Source: an uncultured Candidatus Saccharibacteria bacterium (GTDB lineage Bacteria > Patescibacteriota > Minisyncoccia > Phycocordibacterales > DATGWK01). Taken from it: DNA of 64,000 nucleotides. The notes below the pieces were generated by a model that saw only the letters and a program-made list of their open reading frames with translations, was not told the origin of the DNA and made no database searches. The translations under genes were made by a program, and so were the position numbers. The stretch spans positions 25,472 through 89,471 of the forward strand of contig CAZBJL010000002.1 of the NCBI GenBank assembly GCA_964492195.1. The letters are read 5' to 3'. Positions 55,303 through 63,972 of the stretch are shown piece by piece; positions within the stretch are counted from its first letter, which is position 1, and each line of letters opens with the position of its first letter.

Positions 55303-55479
55303 ATGGCTATCACAGATGTAATTTTTCAATCAGGTGATAAGCAGGATTTTGTTGTGGAACTACCAAGTGCCACGTACAGCGGCACACTCAAAGATGTCGC
55401 TGTAGAGTCAGGAAGTACGCAGTACCTTTTGCTCGAAGTCCCTCTTGCTTCAAGTAGTATCTTCATCATGTCAGAATAG
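55303..55479 (+). CDS. 58-aa beta-rich microprotein (not in ORF track)
   Basis: MAITDVIFQSGDKQDFVVELPSATYSGTLKDVAVESGSTQYLLLEVPLASSSIFIMSE; ATG 1 nt after the upstream stop. Confidence 0.6.
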   Translation: MAITDVIFQSGDKQDFVVELPSATYSGTLKDVAVESGSTQYLLLEVPLASSSIFIMSE

Positions 55480-55498
55480 GCGTGATATTCTAGGGTTT

Positions 55499-56236
55499 GT
55501 GGAAAGGTTCAAAAATTTCATACACAAATTTACTCCGTATCTCGAAGACATACGAAAGCGTCTGTATTTTACTGCGGTTTTCTTTGCAGCATTTTTCGTA
55601 ATAGGATTTTTAGCTACCAGTAGGATTTTAAGAGCGCTGGTTTCAATTTTTGATATTCAGGATGTTGCCATTGCAACCACGTCTCCTTTTCAATTTGCTG
55701 ATCTTTCTATCGACATTGGCCTTTTCAGTGCGTTTCTAGTATCTCTGCCAATTTTCATTTACAACATTTTTGCCTTCTTGCGACCAGCTCTTAGTAAAAA
55801 GGAAAGGGGAATATTTTTTCTTATGATCCCGCTTTCAATTTTTCTTTTTGCTTTAGGGTTTATGTACGGTTTTTTAATTTTGTACTACGCACTTATGATT
55901 TTGGCTCAAGTTAACGTACGCATAGGAATTCAAAATATTTGGGATATTGGAATGTTTTTGACACAAATCGTCCTTACTTCGGCGTTGCTCGGGGTGTTGT
56001 TTCAGTTTCCGCTTGTCATGACGGGTCTCATCCGTGCCGGCTTTCTAGATGTGTCTTTTTTAAAGAAAAAAAGACGAGTGGCGGTGTTCATTATCTTCAT
56101 TTTTACAACTTTACTTCCCCCAACTGATGGTCTATCATTAATGGCAATGGCGTTACCGCTTATCTTACTTTACGAAATTGCAATTCTTGTAAATTCGGGT
56201 GTGAGAAGGCAAAAAGTGGGAGAAGTTTCGATATAA
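55499..56236 (+). CDS. tatC: Twin-arginine translocase subunit TatC
   Basis: 'YLEDIRKRL', 'FLRPAL...E', 'GVLFQFP', 'LKKKRR', 'PPTD..S....A.P..LLYE'; GTG start at 55499. Confidence 0.9.
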   Translation: MERFKNFIHKFTPYLEDIRKRLYFTAVFFAAFFVIGFLATSRILRALVSIFDIQDVAIATTSPFQFADLSIDIGLFSAFLVSLPIFIYNIFAFLRPALSKKERGIFFLMIPLSIFLFALGFMYGFLILYYALMILAQVNVRIGIQNIWDIGMFLTQIVLTSALLGVLFQFPLVMTGLIRAGFLDVSFLKKKRRVAVFIIFIFTTLLPPTDGLSLMAMALPLILLYEIAILVNSGVRRQKVGEVSI

Positions 56237-56264
56237 TCGTTGATTATTAATTTAAATAAATAAA

Positions 56265-56432
56265 ATGCTCGGAAACATTGGCACAAAGGAAATAATAATC
56301 ATCGCGATTATTTTCATCATTCTGTTCGGTGCAAAGAAAATCCCGGAACTTTCTAAAAGTCTTGTAGAATCAATCCGACATCTTCGAGGTGCGTTCAAAG
56401 ATCTTCCTGAAGATGCTAACAAGAAGAAATAG
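56265..56432 (+). CDS. tatA: Twin-arginine translocase subunit TatA (not in ORF track)
   Basis: MLGNIGTKEIIIIAIIFIILFGAKKIPELSKSLVESIRHLRGAFK...: TM, FG hinge, amphipathic helix. Confidence 0.92.
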   Translation: MLGNIGTKEIIIIAIIFIILFGAKKIPELSKSLVESIRHLRGAFKDLPEDANKKK

Positions 56433-56466
56433 TTTTCGTTTGCTCTTTCGTATTTTTAAAATTTAA

Positions 56467-59400
56467 ATGTCTGTTCGTGCCCCTTCTATTTCCAATGGAT
56501 TGCGTAGAGTGTCCATATTCACTTGGGCATTAATTATTTTTTTATCTGGGGTTCCAGCAGTTGTAAATGCAGCGTATGAGCGATACGGAACCGGGGAAAC
56601 GGCCGTTGTCGGCGAATTTGTGTATGACGATGATTTTGTGGCGACGACGACCCCTTGTACTGTTTCAATATATGACCCATCGGGATCTTTGATTGTAAAC
56701 GCGGCCTCCATGACTGCTGATGCAAATGGTTGGCATCATTACGACTATTCAGTTCCGTCTTCGGGTCCAGAGGGTACGTGGCCTTCATCAATGACGTGTG
56801 GCAGTGTGCCGACAGGTGATCTGGTAAAGCTAGATAAGACGTTTGTGGTTGGAGCGACTTTTGTATCAACTTCCACGTTGGCGACTTCTGTATGGACGAG
56901 CACAGCTCGAACTTTGACATCGTTCGGTACGCTTGTGGCAGATGTGTGGAGCAATACAAGTCGAACATTGACTGGTGCAGGGCTAAATTCAGGATCACTT
57001 GCAACACAGCTTGACGTTAACAACGCGTCGTCTTCACTTGCGGCAACCTTACCTGCATCTATTTGGGCAAATCCAACTCGTTCACTTACAACGTTCGGAA
57101 CATTGGCTGCAGATGTGTGGGCAAATAGCACACGCACATTATCTTCCGGCGGCGTAACAGCAGTTTCAACTGACGTATGGTCATTTGCAACCCGTAGACT
57201 TTCAGACGCCACGCTTGATTCTGGTTCGCTCGCAACGGTTTCAAATCTTACAACAGCAAGCTCATCTCTTGCCGCTGTCGTAAACGGAACTATTTCAACT
57301 GCCTCAACTTCTTTGGCAGCTGTAATAAACGCGAATACAGATACTCAAGCGTCGACAATAACTTCAGGAGTTAATTCAAATACAAATGCTGCAATTCTTA
57401 GCGCAACTTCATCTCTTGCCGCTGTCGTAAACGGAACTATTTCAACTGCCTCAACTTCTTTGGCAGCTGTAATAAACGCGAATACCAATTCTCAAATTTC
57501 AAGTGCGGTTGTGACTATCAACAACAATACAAATTCAACTGTCCTCACGGCATCTTCTTCTCTTGTTGCAACTATTCCTACCGCGGTATGGTCAAACAAC
57601 ACAAGATCACTTACAACGTTCGGAACATTGGCTGCAGATGTGTGGAACGTAGCTACGTCATCTTTTGTGACGGCAGGGTCAGTGGGTCTCCAGTTGGTAA
57701 CAAATCTTGATGTGCCTGTTTCAACAGCAGTGGGCAGTGCAGCACCAACCGCTTCGGACATTTGGAGTTTTGCGAGTCGAACACTTACAGACTCAACGCT
57801 TACTTCTGGTTCACTCGCAACATTGGCGAACGTAACGAGCGCGTCGTCTTCGCTGGCGTCAGCGGTTAGTGCAGGAACCGCAAGTGTCAATTCAAATACA
57901 AATGCCGCTGTGCTTGTAGCGTCAACTTCTCTCGCAACAGTTATTAATGCAAACACGAATTCACAAATATCGAGCGCAATCGCTACGATAAACAGCAACA
58001 CAGATTCTCAAGTTCTTACGGCCTCGACATCGTTGGTCGCCACTATCCCTACGGCTGTCTGGTCGAGTACGTCACGTTCATTAACAACATTCGGAACATT
58101 GATTGCAGATATTTGGACTAATCCAACTCGTACGCTCACATCCGGGGGTTCTCTAACGGCAGCAGACGTCTGGTCGTTTGCAACTCGTCGTCTTTCAGAC
58201 GCTTCGCTTGATTCTGGTTCGCTCGCAACGGTTTCAAATCTTACAACAGCAAGTACATCTCTCGCTGCGGTAATAAATGCGAATACAGATACTCAGACAT
58301 CAGGAATAGCTTCATCGGTTAATTCAAATACAAATTCAGCAATACTTAATGCGTCTACGTCGATTGCGTCAGGCGTAAATGCAAATACAAATGCCGCAAT
58401 TCTTGGCGCAACTTCATCTCTTGCCGCTGTCGTAAACGGAACTATTTCAACTGCCTCAAGCTCTTTGGCATCTGTAATAAACGCGAATACAAACTCTGTG
58501 GTTCTCGGTGCGTCCACATCGGTTGCTGCGGTTGTGAATACTAATACTAATTCCCAAACATCTGGAATCGCATCAGCAGTTAACTCAAACACGAATTCCA
58601 TTGTTGGTAGCGCTTCTACATCTCTCGGAGTATCTCTCACCTCGCTTCCAGCTTCCGTGTGGGCATATAGCTCACGTTCACTTACAACCTTTGGAACGCT
58701 CGTTGCGGATATTTGGGCAAACGTAACAAGAACACTCACGTCATCAACGGGCGCTACATGGTCTATGACAGTTTCTGATTTTGGAACTATTACAGCAGGA
58801 AGTAATTATCTCGCGACACTCCACACAGTTTTTGACGGTACTCTTACTGATGCCGACACTGTTCCGACAGTTACTCTCTATGATCCTAGTCGAAACGTGG
58901 TCGTGAGTGGGGTATCTATGACTCGTGTTTCTGCGGGTACTTATACATATTCATACACGACGTCAGGGTCTGCAGAAGCAGGAACGTGGGAAACAGTATT
59001 TTCTGCGACCGTAGAAACAGGAAAGACGTTGGGTGGTAACGATTACTGGGAGGTTTCTTCAAGTCCGGCGCAAGTAATTATTAATAGTATTTCAGACAAC
59101 ACAGTGCCGTCCATCGAAGCAAACGTTACGATAACAAACGAAGGTTTGACTGGATATGAATATCAATACGAGTGGTGCGTGGTTTCAGATATAAATAATT
59201 CTTGTGGAGGCGGAGATGACATTTTCCACGCAACTGCAGCAAAATTTATTAACCCTGGTGAAGATTTCAACACAACGCTTACCTCGACTGTTTCTTCTGT
59301 TGGGGATTACTACTTTAAAGCCGTGGTCTATTTCGGGACTGAAAGTTCCGGTGCTTCAAGGTCTTTTTCCGCAATATCAGACTCAACGTCACCGCCAACT

Positions 59401-59640
59401 ACTCCTAGAGGAGGTGGTGGAGGGGGCGGTGGTTCGTCCGGTTCTGGGGTTGTCCAAACACAGGGATGTCCGAACGCTGATTTCAACTGTGACAACAGAG
59501 TAAACTCAATTGATTTCTCGATATTGTTGTACTACTGGAAGGCAACTCCACCGTTTGGAAATGCAAGCACGGATATGAATCATGATGGTAAAATAGACTC
59601 AGTTGATTTCTCGATATTGTTGTATTGGTGGGGTAATTAA
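56467..59640 (+). CDS. Secreted Ser/Thr-rich repetitive fibre protein with Ig-like domains and C-terminal dockerin
   Basis: Signal peptide (VNA|A); many '(V/I)W....R.L(T/S)' repeats and 'AS.SLAAV(I/V)N.NT' stalk repeats; poly-Gly linker; duplicated Ca-loop 'DFNCDNRVNSIDFSILL' / 'DMNHDGKIDSVDFSILL'. Confidence 0.85.
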   Translation: MSVRAPSISNGLRRVSIFTWALIIFLSGVPAVVNAAYERYGTGETAVVGEFVYDDDFVATTTPCTVSIYDPSGSLIVNAASMTADANGWHHYDYSVPSSGPEGTWPSSMTCGSVPTGDLVKLDKTFVVGATFVSTSTLATSVWTSTARTLTSFGTLVADVWSNTSRTLTGAGLNSGSLATQLDVNNASSSLAATLPASIWANPTRSLTTFGTLAADVWANSTRTLSSGGVTAVSTDVWSFATRRLSDATLDSGSLATVSNLTTASSSLAAVVNGTISTASTSLAAVINANTDTQASTITSGVNSNTNAAILSATSSLAAVVNGTISTASTSLAAVINANTNSQISSAVVTINNNTNSTVLTASSSLVATIPTAVWSNNTRSLTTFGTLAADVWNVATSSFVTAGSVGLQLVTNLDVPVSTAVGSAAPTASDIWSFASRTLTDSTLTSGSLATLANVTSASSSLASAVSAGTASVNSNTNAAVLVASTSLATVINANTNSQISSAIATINSNTDSQVLTASTSLVATIPTAVWSSTSRSLTTFGTLIADIWTNPTRTLTSGGSLTAADVWSFATRRLSDASLDSGSLATVSNLTTASTSLAAVINANTDTQTSGIASSVNSNTNSAILNASTSIASGVNANTNAAILGATSSLAAVVNGTISTASSSLASVINANTNSVVLGASTSVAAVVNTNTNSQTSGIASAVNSNTNSIVGSASTSLGVSLTSLPASVWAYSSRSLTTFGTLVADIWANVTRTLTSSTGATWSMTVSDFGTITAGSNYLATLHTVFDGTLTDADTVPTVTLYDPSRNVVVSGVSMTRVSAGTYTYSYTTSGSAEAGTWETVFSATVETGKTLGGNDYWEVSSSPAQVIINSISDNTVPSIEANVTITNEGLTGYEYQYEWCVVSDINNSCGGGDDIFHATAAKFINPGEDFNTTLTSTVSSVGDYYFKAVVYFGTESSGASRSFSAISDSTSPPTTPRGGGGGGGGSSGSGVVQTQGCPNADFNCDNRVNSIDFSILLYYWKATPPFGNASTDMNHDGKIDSVDFSILLYWWGN
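57262..58490 (+). repeat. Intragenic DNA direct repeats
   Basis: 77-bp identical copies at 57262-57338 and 57409-57485; near-identical third copy at 58414-58490. Confidence 0.85.
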
Positions 59641-59647
59641 TTAAAAA

Positions 59648-60550
59648 ATGAAAAATATATTCAATATAAAATTTATAATCTTTGCGGTTTTGTTCAGTGT
59701 ATTACCTGCGAGCGTTTCTGCGGCGACTGTGTATCTGGAATCTTCTCGAAACACCATATCCGTCGGTGACACTGCTGTTGTTGCTGTAAAAATAAACGCA
59801 GAAGGGGGAGTGCTTAACACTGTGGACGGCGAAATAGGTATGAAGTCTCTCTTGAACAATGTTGTTGTGCAGGAGTTCAGTTTATCTAATTCCTCTTTTG
59901 GTTTGTGGCCGCGAACTCCTTCACTTTCTACCGACGGTAAAACAGTTTCTTTCGTTGGTGGTGTACCGGGAGGATTCAGTATTGAAGGAGCAACCCTTTT
60001 TAAAATGATAATTGAAGCGAGAAAAGAAGGTACTGTAATTATTAGTCCGCAAAATATTTCTGTCTTTGCTAATGATGGTGCGGGCACAAAAATGCCCGTT
60101 ACTATGAAAAACTTGGCAATTCGGGTTGTGCCAAAAAATCCCAACACTCCTGTACAAAATGACTGGGCTGGAATTGTGGCACAAGACGCCGTTGCTCCGG
60201 AGTCATTTATTATTGTTCTTGGACAAGACAACTCACTTTTTCAGGGTAAAAAGTTCGCATTTTTCAGCTCTGTCGACAATCAGTCGGGGATAGACTATTA
60301 CGAGGTCTCTGAAAATGGCAGACCCGCAGTCCGAAGCGGCAGTACATACGTCCTCCAAGATCAAAGTGAAAACGTAACTCTTGATGTTGTTGCGGTTGAT
60401 AAGGCTGGAAACAAAAAAACGGCATCGCTTCGTTCCGGAAAAGACGGCATCGCGTGGCCTTTCGTTATTGTTGTGGTGATCCTGGGAGTTATTGGTAAAT
60501 GGTTGTACAGAAGATGGAAAAATAAGAGAAATGCTTCACGCGTTCTTTAA
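59648..60550 (+). CDS. Cohesin-like domain protein with C-terminal membrane anchor
   Basis: Signal (VSA|A); 'VGDT..V.V.IN......N.V.G.I', 'S.F.LW...P', 'F.GG.PGG', 'NDG.GT'; Ig-like domain; TM + basic tail. Confidence 0.75.
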   Translation: MKNIFNIKFIIFAVLFSVLPASVSAATVYLESSRNTISVGDTAVVAVKINAEGGVLNTVDGEIGMKSLLNNVVVQEFSLSNSSFGLWPRTPSLSTDGKTVSFVGGVPGGFSIEGATLFKMIIEARKEGTVIISPQNISVFANDGAGTKMPVTMKNLAIRVVPKNPNTPVQNDWAGIVAQDAVAPESFIIVLGQDNSLFQGKKFAFFSSVDNQSGIDYYEVSENGRPAVRSGSTYVLQDQSENVTLDVVAVDKAGNKKTASLRSGKDGIAWPFVIVVVILGVIGKWLYRRWKNKRNASRVL

Positions 60551-62243
60551 AAAAAATACGGGCGGTTTTGTTCTTCTGTTCGCTGTATTGTTAAGCTGTT
60601 CTTTTCTGTGGGCAGATGTTGCTCACGCCGCAACTATTTCTTTTTCTCCCTCTGTTTCAACGGTGTCTGTCGGTAATATTGTTACCGTAAAAGCGTTGGT
60701 GAACACGGCTGGAAAAGCTATCAATAATGCCGACAGCATTATTCAGTTTCCTTCAGATCTACTCGAAGTTATTTCTGTAAGTAAGGGCGGATCCGTTTTT
60801 TCTCTTTGGGTAGAAGAACCTTCATTTTCTAACCCATTAGGTCGGGTAACTTTCAATGGAGGTCTTCCAAATCCTGGCTTCAATGGTGTAAGCGGTGAAA
60901 TGGTTTCAGTTGTATTTAAGGCGAAAAAAACTGGTGTAGCGACGATTGCTTTCTCTGATTCCGCCGTGCGTGAAAACGATGGTCTCGGAACAGACATTCT
61001 TACTGCAAAGCAATCAACAACACTCCAGATTGGTGCGAGTGTTCCAGTTGTTCCTTCATTGGCAGGCGTCCCCGTAAAACCAACAGTTACTTCTTCAACT
61101 CATTCAGAGCAGGAATCTTGGTACACAGAAACAACCGCAATATTAAGCTGGGTTATTCCGAGCGGGGTCTCATCTATTCAAACTCTTCTCACCAAGAATC
61201 CAAATGAAACACCAACACTTACGTACGACAGTTCTGTATCACAGCGTACCGTTACTGATATTGCTAATGGTGTTTCATATTTCCATTTGCGCTACATGAA
61301 TGCCGCTGGTTGGGGACCAACAGCTCATTACAAAATCCAAATCGACAATGTGTCACCTGACGCCTTTCTACCCCGTGTCCGTATAGAAAATAGCAAAAAT
61401 ATTGTGGTACTCGATGCCACTGACGCTACGTCTGGGATAGATTCATATTCATTACAGATCGATAATTACCCTGCACTTACTGTGCGGAAGGATTCTATTA
61501 AAAATGGTGAATATGAACTCCCGGTTCAAACTGTAGGAGATCATAGCTTGCAGGTTGTTGCTTACGATAAGGCGGGGAACAAAACCGAAGCGCATACATC
61601 ATTTTTAAGTCCACAGATAACCGCTCCGAAAATAGTTCTTTCATCGGAGACAGTTCAACGTGGTGAAAGCGTGATAGTAAATGGAACGTCTGCGTATGCA
61701 CGAGTACCGGTTGAAGTATTTACTCAAATAAATGACAAGAAGATAAAAGTTTACAGCGCCACAACTGGTGACGATGGATCGTTCACGATTACTTCAGAAA
61801 AATTAAATACGAGCGGATCGCTTCATGTGTGGGCACAACTTGTATTTTCAGAAAGCGTACAGAGTCCACTTTCTGAAAAAGTAGAAATGCAGGTTGATGA
61901 TTCTCTTGTAGTTCAAACAAGTCTGTCGCTTATTTACACTCTTGCGTTTGTGATTCCAACAATAATTCTGATAATAATACTTACATTTATCATGTATCTC
62001 GGTTGGCACAAGTTCTTTGGTTTGCGACGAAAACTTCAGGATGATTTAGATGAAACGGTAAAAGAAACACACAAAGCATTCACTCTTTTCAAAGAAGAAC
62101 TTGGTTTGCAGTTAGAAAAACTAGAGAAGATAAAAGAGGATCGAGATCTGAATAAAAAAGAAGAGAAGATATTCAAACAACTTCAGTCAAATATTGATGA
62201 TATTGATGAGTTTATACACAAACGCCTTCGAAAAATCACATAG
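60531..62243 (+). CDS. Cohesin-like domain protein with Ig-like domains, TM and cytoplasmic coiled coil
   Basis: Signal (AHA|A); 'VGN..TV...VNT....IN.A...I.FP', 'SVFSLWVEEP', 'FNGGLPNPG', 'NDGLGT'. Confidence 0.78.
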   Translation: MLHAFFKKNTGGFVLLFAVLLSCSFLWADVAHAATISFSPSVSTVSVGNIVTVKALVNTAGKAINNADSIIQFPSDLLEVISVSKGGSVFSLWVEEPSFSNPLGRVTFNGGLPNPGFNGVSGEMVSVVFKAKKTGVATIAFSDSAVRENDGLGTDILTAKQSTTLQIGASVPVVPSLAGVPVKPTVTSSTHSEQESWYTETTAILSWVIPSGVSSIQTLLTKNPNETPTLTYDSSVSQRTVTDIANGVSYFHLRYMNAAGWGPTAHYKIQIDNVSPDAFLPRVRIENSKNIVVLDATDATSGIDSYSLQIDNYPALTVRKDSIKNGEYELPVQTVGDHSLQVVAYDKAGNKTEAHTSFLSPQITAPKIVLSSETVQRGESVIVNGTSAYARVPVEVFTQINDKKIKVYSATTGDDGSFTITSEKLNTSGSLHVWAQLVFSESVQSPLSEKVEMQVDDSLVVQTSLSLIYTLAFVIPTIILIIILTFIMYLGWHKFFGLRRKLQDDLDETVKETHKAFTLFKEELGLQLEKLEKIKEDRDLNKKEEKIFKQLQSNIDDIDEFIHKRLRKIT

Positions 62244-62946
62244 ATTCTTTGTCGATCCTTTGTAAAACGCCGCCAGTTACGTGCGCTTGGATAATTTCCA
62301 ACTCTTTGGTGGCAGTAATTGAGTATTCGATTGTTATTATATTGTCTGTGATATAAATATTTTTTGGAACCACTTCATCTCCTAGAAAAATAAGATTTGT
62401 GCCTGTGTAGCCGGTCTCACCATTCAGAGCAGCGGCGAGATAGTAGAGCATTCCTCTGGAATCATCATTTCTATTTATTATAAAAGCAACATCCTCTTTT
62501 CCGTCACCGTCCAAATCACCCCTTGCTTCGGTGCCGAAATATTGTTTCGGAGTTTTATTTGTTGCTTGCAAGACGGTTGCTGTGTGTGCAAAAACATCAT
62601 CTACAATGACATGCTTTTTAGAGCCGGCATTTTGTTCTGCAAAAATTAAGCCTCCAACAAGGAGAATGATTGGAATAATAACGTAAGCGGCGCGAGTTAA
62701 TTTTTTAATGATTAAACCAACAATAGCTCCATATAAAGTGAAGACTGTGACGAAGAAGGCAAAGGATGTTATCAAAACTTGATTTTCTGGAATGTGAAAT
62801 TGTACAAGAAGGGGACGAAGCGATATCCAGTGCAGCGCATGACCAACAAAGCCACCGTTGCTTATGAGAAAGGTTGTGTATGCGGCCACAACAACCCCAA
62901 TAAAAAACCCAATAATACTTGTTTCAAGAACCGTGAGTCTTTTCAT
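62236..62946 (-). CDS. Membrane protein with C-terminal soluble domain (DxDGDG loop)
   Basis: Three TM helices; 'GDLDGDGKEDVAF', 'YYLAAAL', 'FLGD'. Confidence 0.6.
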   Translation of the reverse strand: MKRLTVLETSIIGFFIGVVVAAYTTFLISNGGFVGHALHWISLRPLLVQFHIPENQVLITSFAFFVTVFTLYGAIVGLIIKKLTRAAYVIIPIILLVGGLIFAEQNAGSKKHVIVDDVFAHTATVLQATNKTPKQYFGTEARGDLDGDGKEDVAFIINRNDDSRGMLYYLAAALNGETGYTGTNLIFLGDEVVPKNIYITDNIITIEYSITATKELEIIQAHVTGGVLQRIDKESM

Positions 62947-63028
62947 TTCAATTATTCTACCTCATTAAAAACTAGTCCGCGAGATCGGTTTTGTAATGTG
63001 TTTATGGCCGTGTCCAGAAATTTTATTT

Positions 63029-63817
63029 TCAATAACTTTTCTTCAAAACGTCTTTTTTAAAATGTTTGAGATATGCAACTAAAATAAAACTTATTATTAC
63101 CATGAGAAACCACGAGGTAATTTTATTTGTCGAAACGACATTCCACACATGGACCTGATCCGGATATTGCCAGGCACCAAAAAAGGTAGAAATATTTTCG
63201 GCAATCCAGATGAAAAAGGCAATCAAAATAAATCCAAGATTTAGCGGCATCCATCGTCTTTTGTCTGTAACAGTAAAGTACACTCGCGTTTTCCAAAAGA
63301 AAATAAAAACAGCAGCGATAAGAAGAAGGCGAAAATCATACACGTAATGGTTCGTGAAAAAATTGATGTATATGAGTGCGCAGAGAACGACGCTCCACAC
63401 GTAATGAGTGTAGTGCGTCAGTTCGAGCTTCATCACTTTCCACGACTGGCTTATGTAGCTCCCAACAGCGGCGTACATGAAGCCGCTATACAGTGGCACG
63501 GTCCCGATCTTAAAAAAGGCTGCTTCTGGATAACCCCACGAACCGATCGCTGGATTTGTTTTATAGAGTTCAAGCATGAGCCCGATAATATGAAAAAGAA
63601 AAATAACCTTAACTTCATCTTTTGTTTCAAGGCCGAAAAAATACAAAGCGATTTGAATTAATATTGCGGATACAAATAAAAAGTCGTATCTCGCAACGCC
63701 AAAGGGGGGAAGCGTCGTTGAGAGAAATAAAAGAACGAAAAAAGACCCAGCAAAACATGCAGCGCGAGCTTGTTTGATTCCGAATATAAAAAATTCTCCG
63801 ACGAAAGATGTGAACAT
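63029..63817 (-). CDS. DUF817 (YoaT-like) membrane protein
   Basis: 'FG.KQA.A..F', 'RYD', 'SW.YPE', 'VPLYSGFMYAAVGSY', 'IWIAENI.TF..AW.YP.Q'. Confidence 0.9.
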   Translation of the reverse strand: MFTSFVGEFFIFGIKQARAACFAGSFFVLLFLSTTLPPFGVARYDFLFVSAILIQIALYFFGLETKDEVKVIFLFHIIGLMLELYKTNPAIGSWGYPEAAFFKIGTVPLYSGFMYAAVGSYISQSWKVMKLELTHYTHYVWSVVLCALIYINFFTNHYVYDFRLLLIAAVFIFFWKTRVYFTVTDKRRWMPLNLGFILIAFFIWIAENISTFFGAWQYPDQVHVWNVVSTNKITSWFLMVIISFILVAYLKHFKKDVLKKSY

Positions 63818-63972
63818 ATCGACATCGTATATCTCTCGAGGTTAATTGCAATAGTTTCAAAACCGCACCCGATAATGCAGACGTTTGACACTCCCAATTT
63901 TTATTGTAATTATGTGCGTGCACGTTCTTTCACATACACACAGTAATTCACTCAATATATAAGGAGATTCGC

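Noticed and set aside
51942-59640. Prophage tail module
   Set aside because: No terminase, portal, capsid, tape measure, lysis or integrase genes; neighbours are tatAC and signal-peptide proteins
56467-62243. True cellulosome
   Set aside because: No glycoside hydrolase or recognisable CBM catalytic modules in these ORFs; cohesins appear single rather than as a multi-cohesin scaffoldin
63658-63897. Frameshifted 5' part of the DUF817 gene
   Set aside because: DUF817 homology is complete from ATG 63817, which has its own -10-like box; the overlapping ORF looks spurious
348-63923. Many short antisense or overlapping ORFs in the six-frame track
   Set aside because: They lie opposite or inside well-supported genes and have no motifs or expression signals
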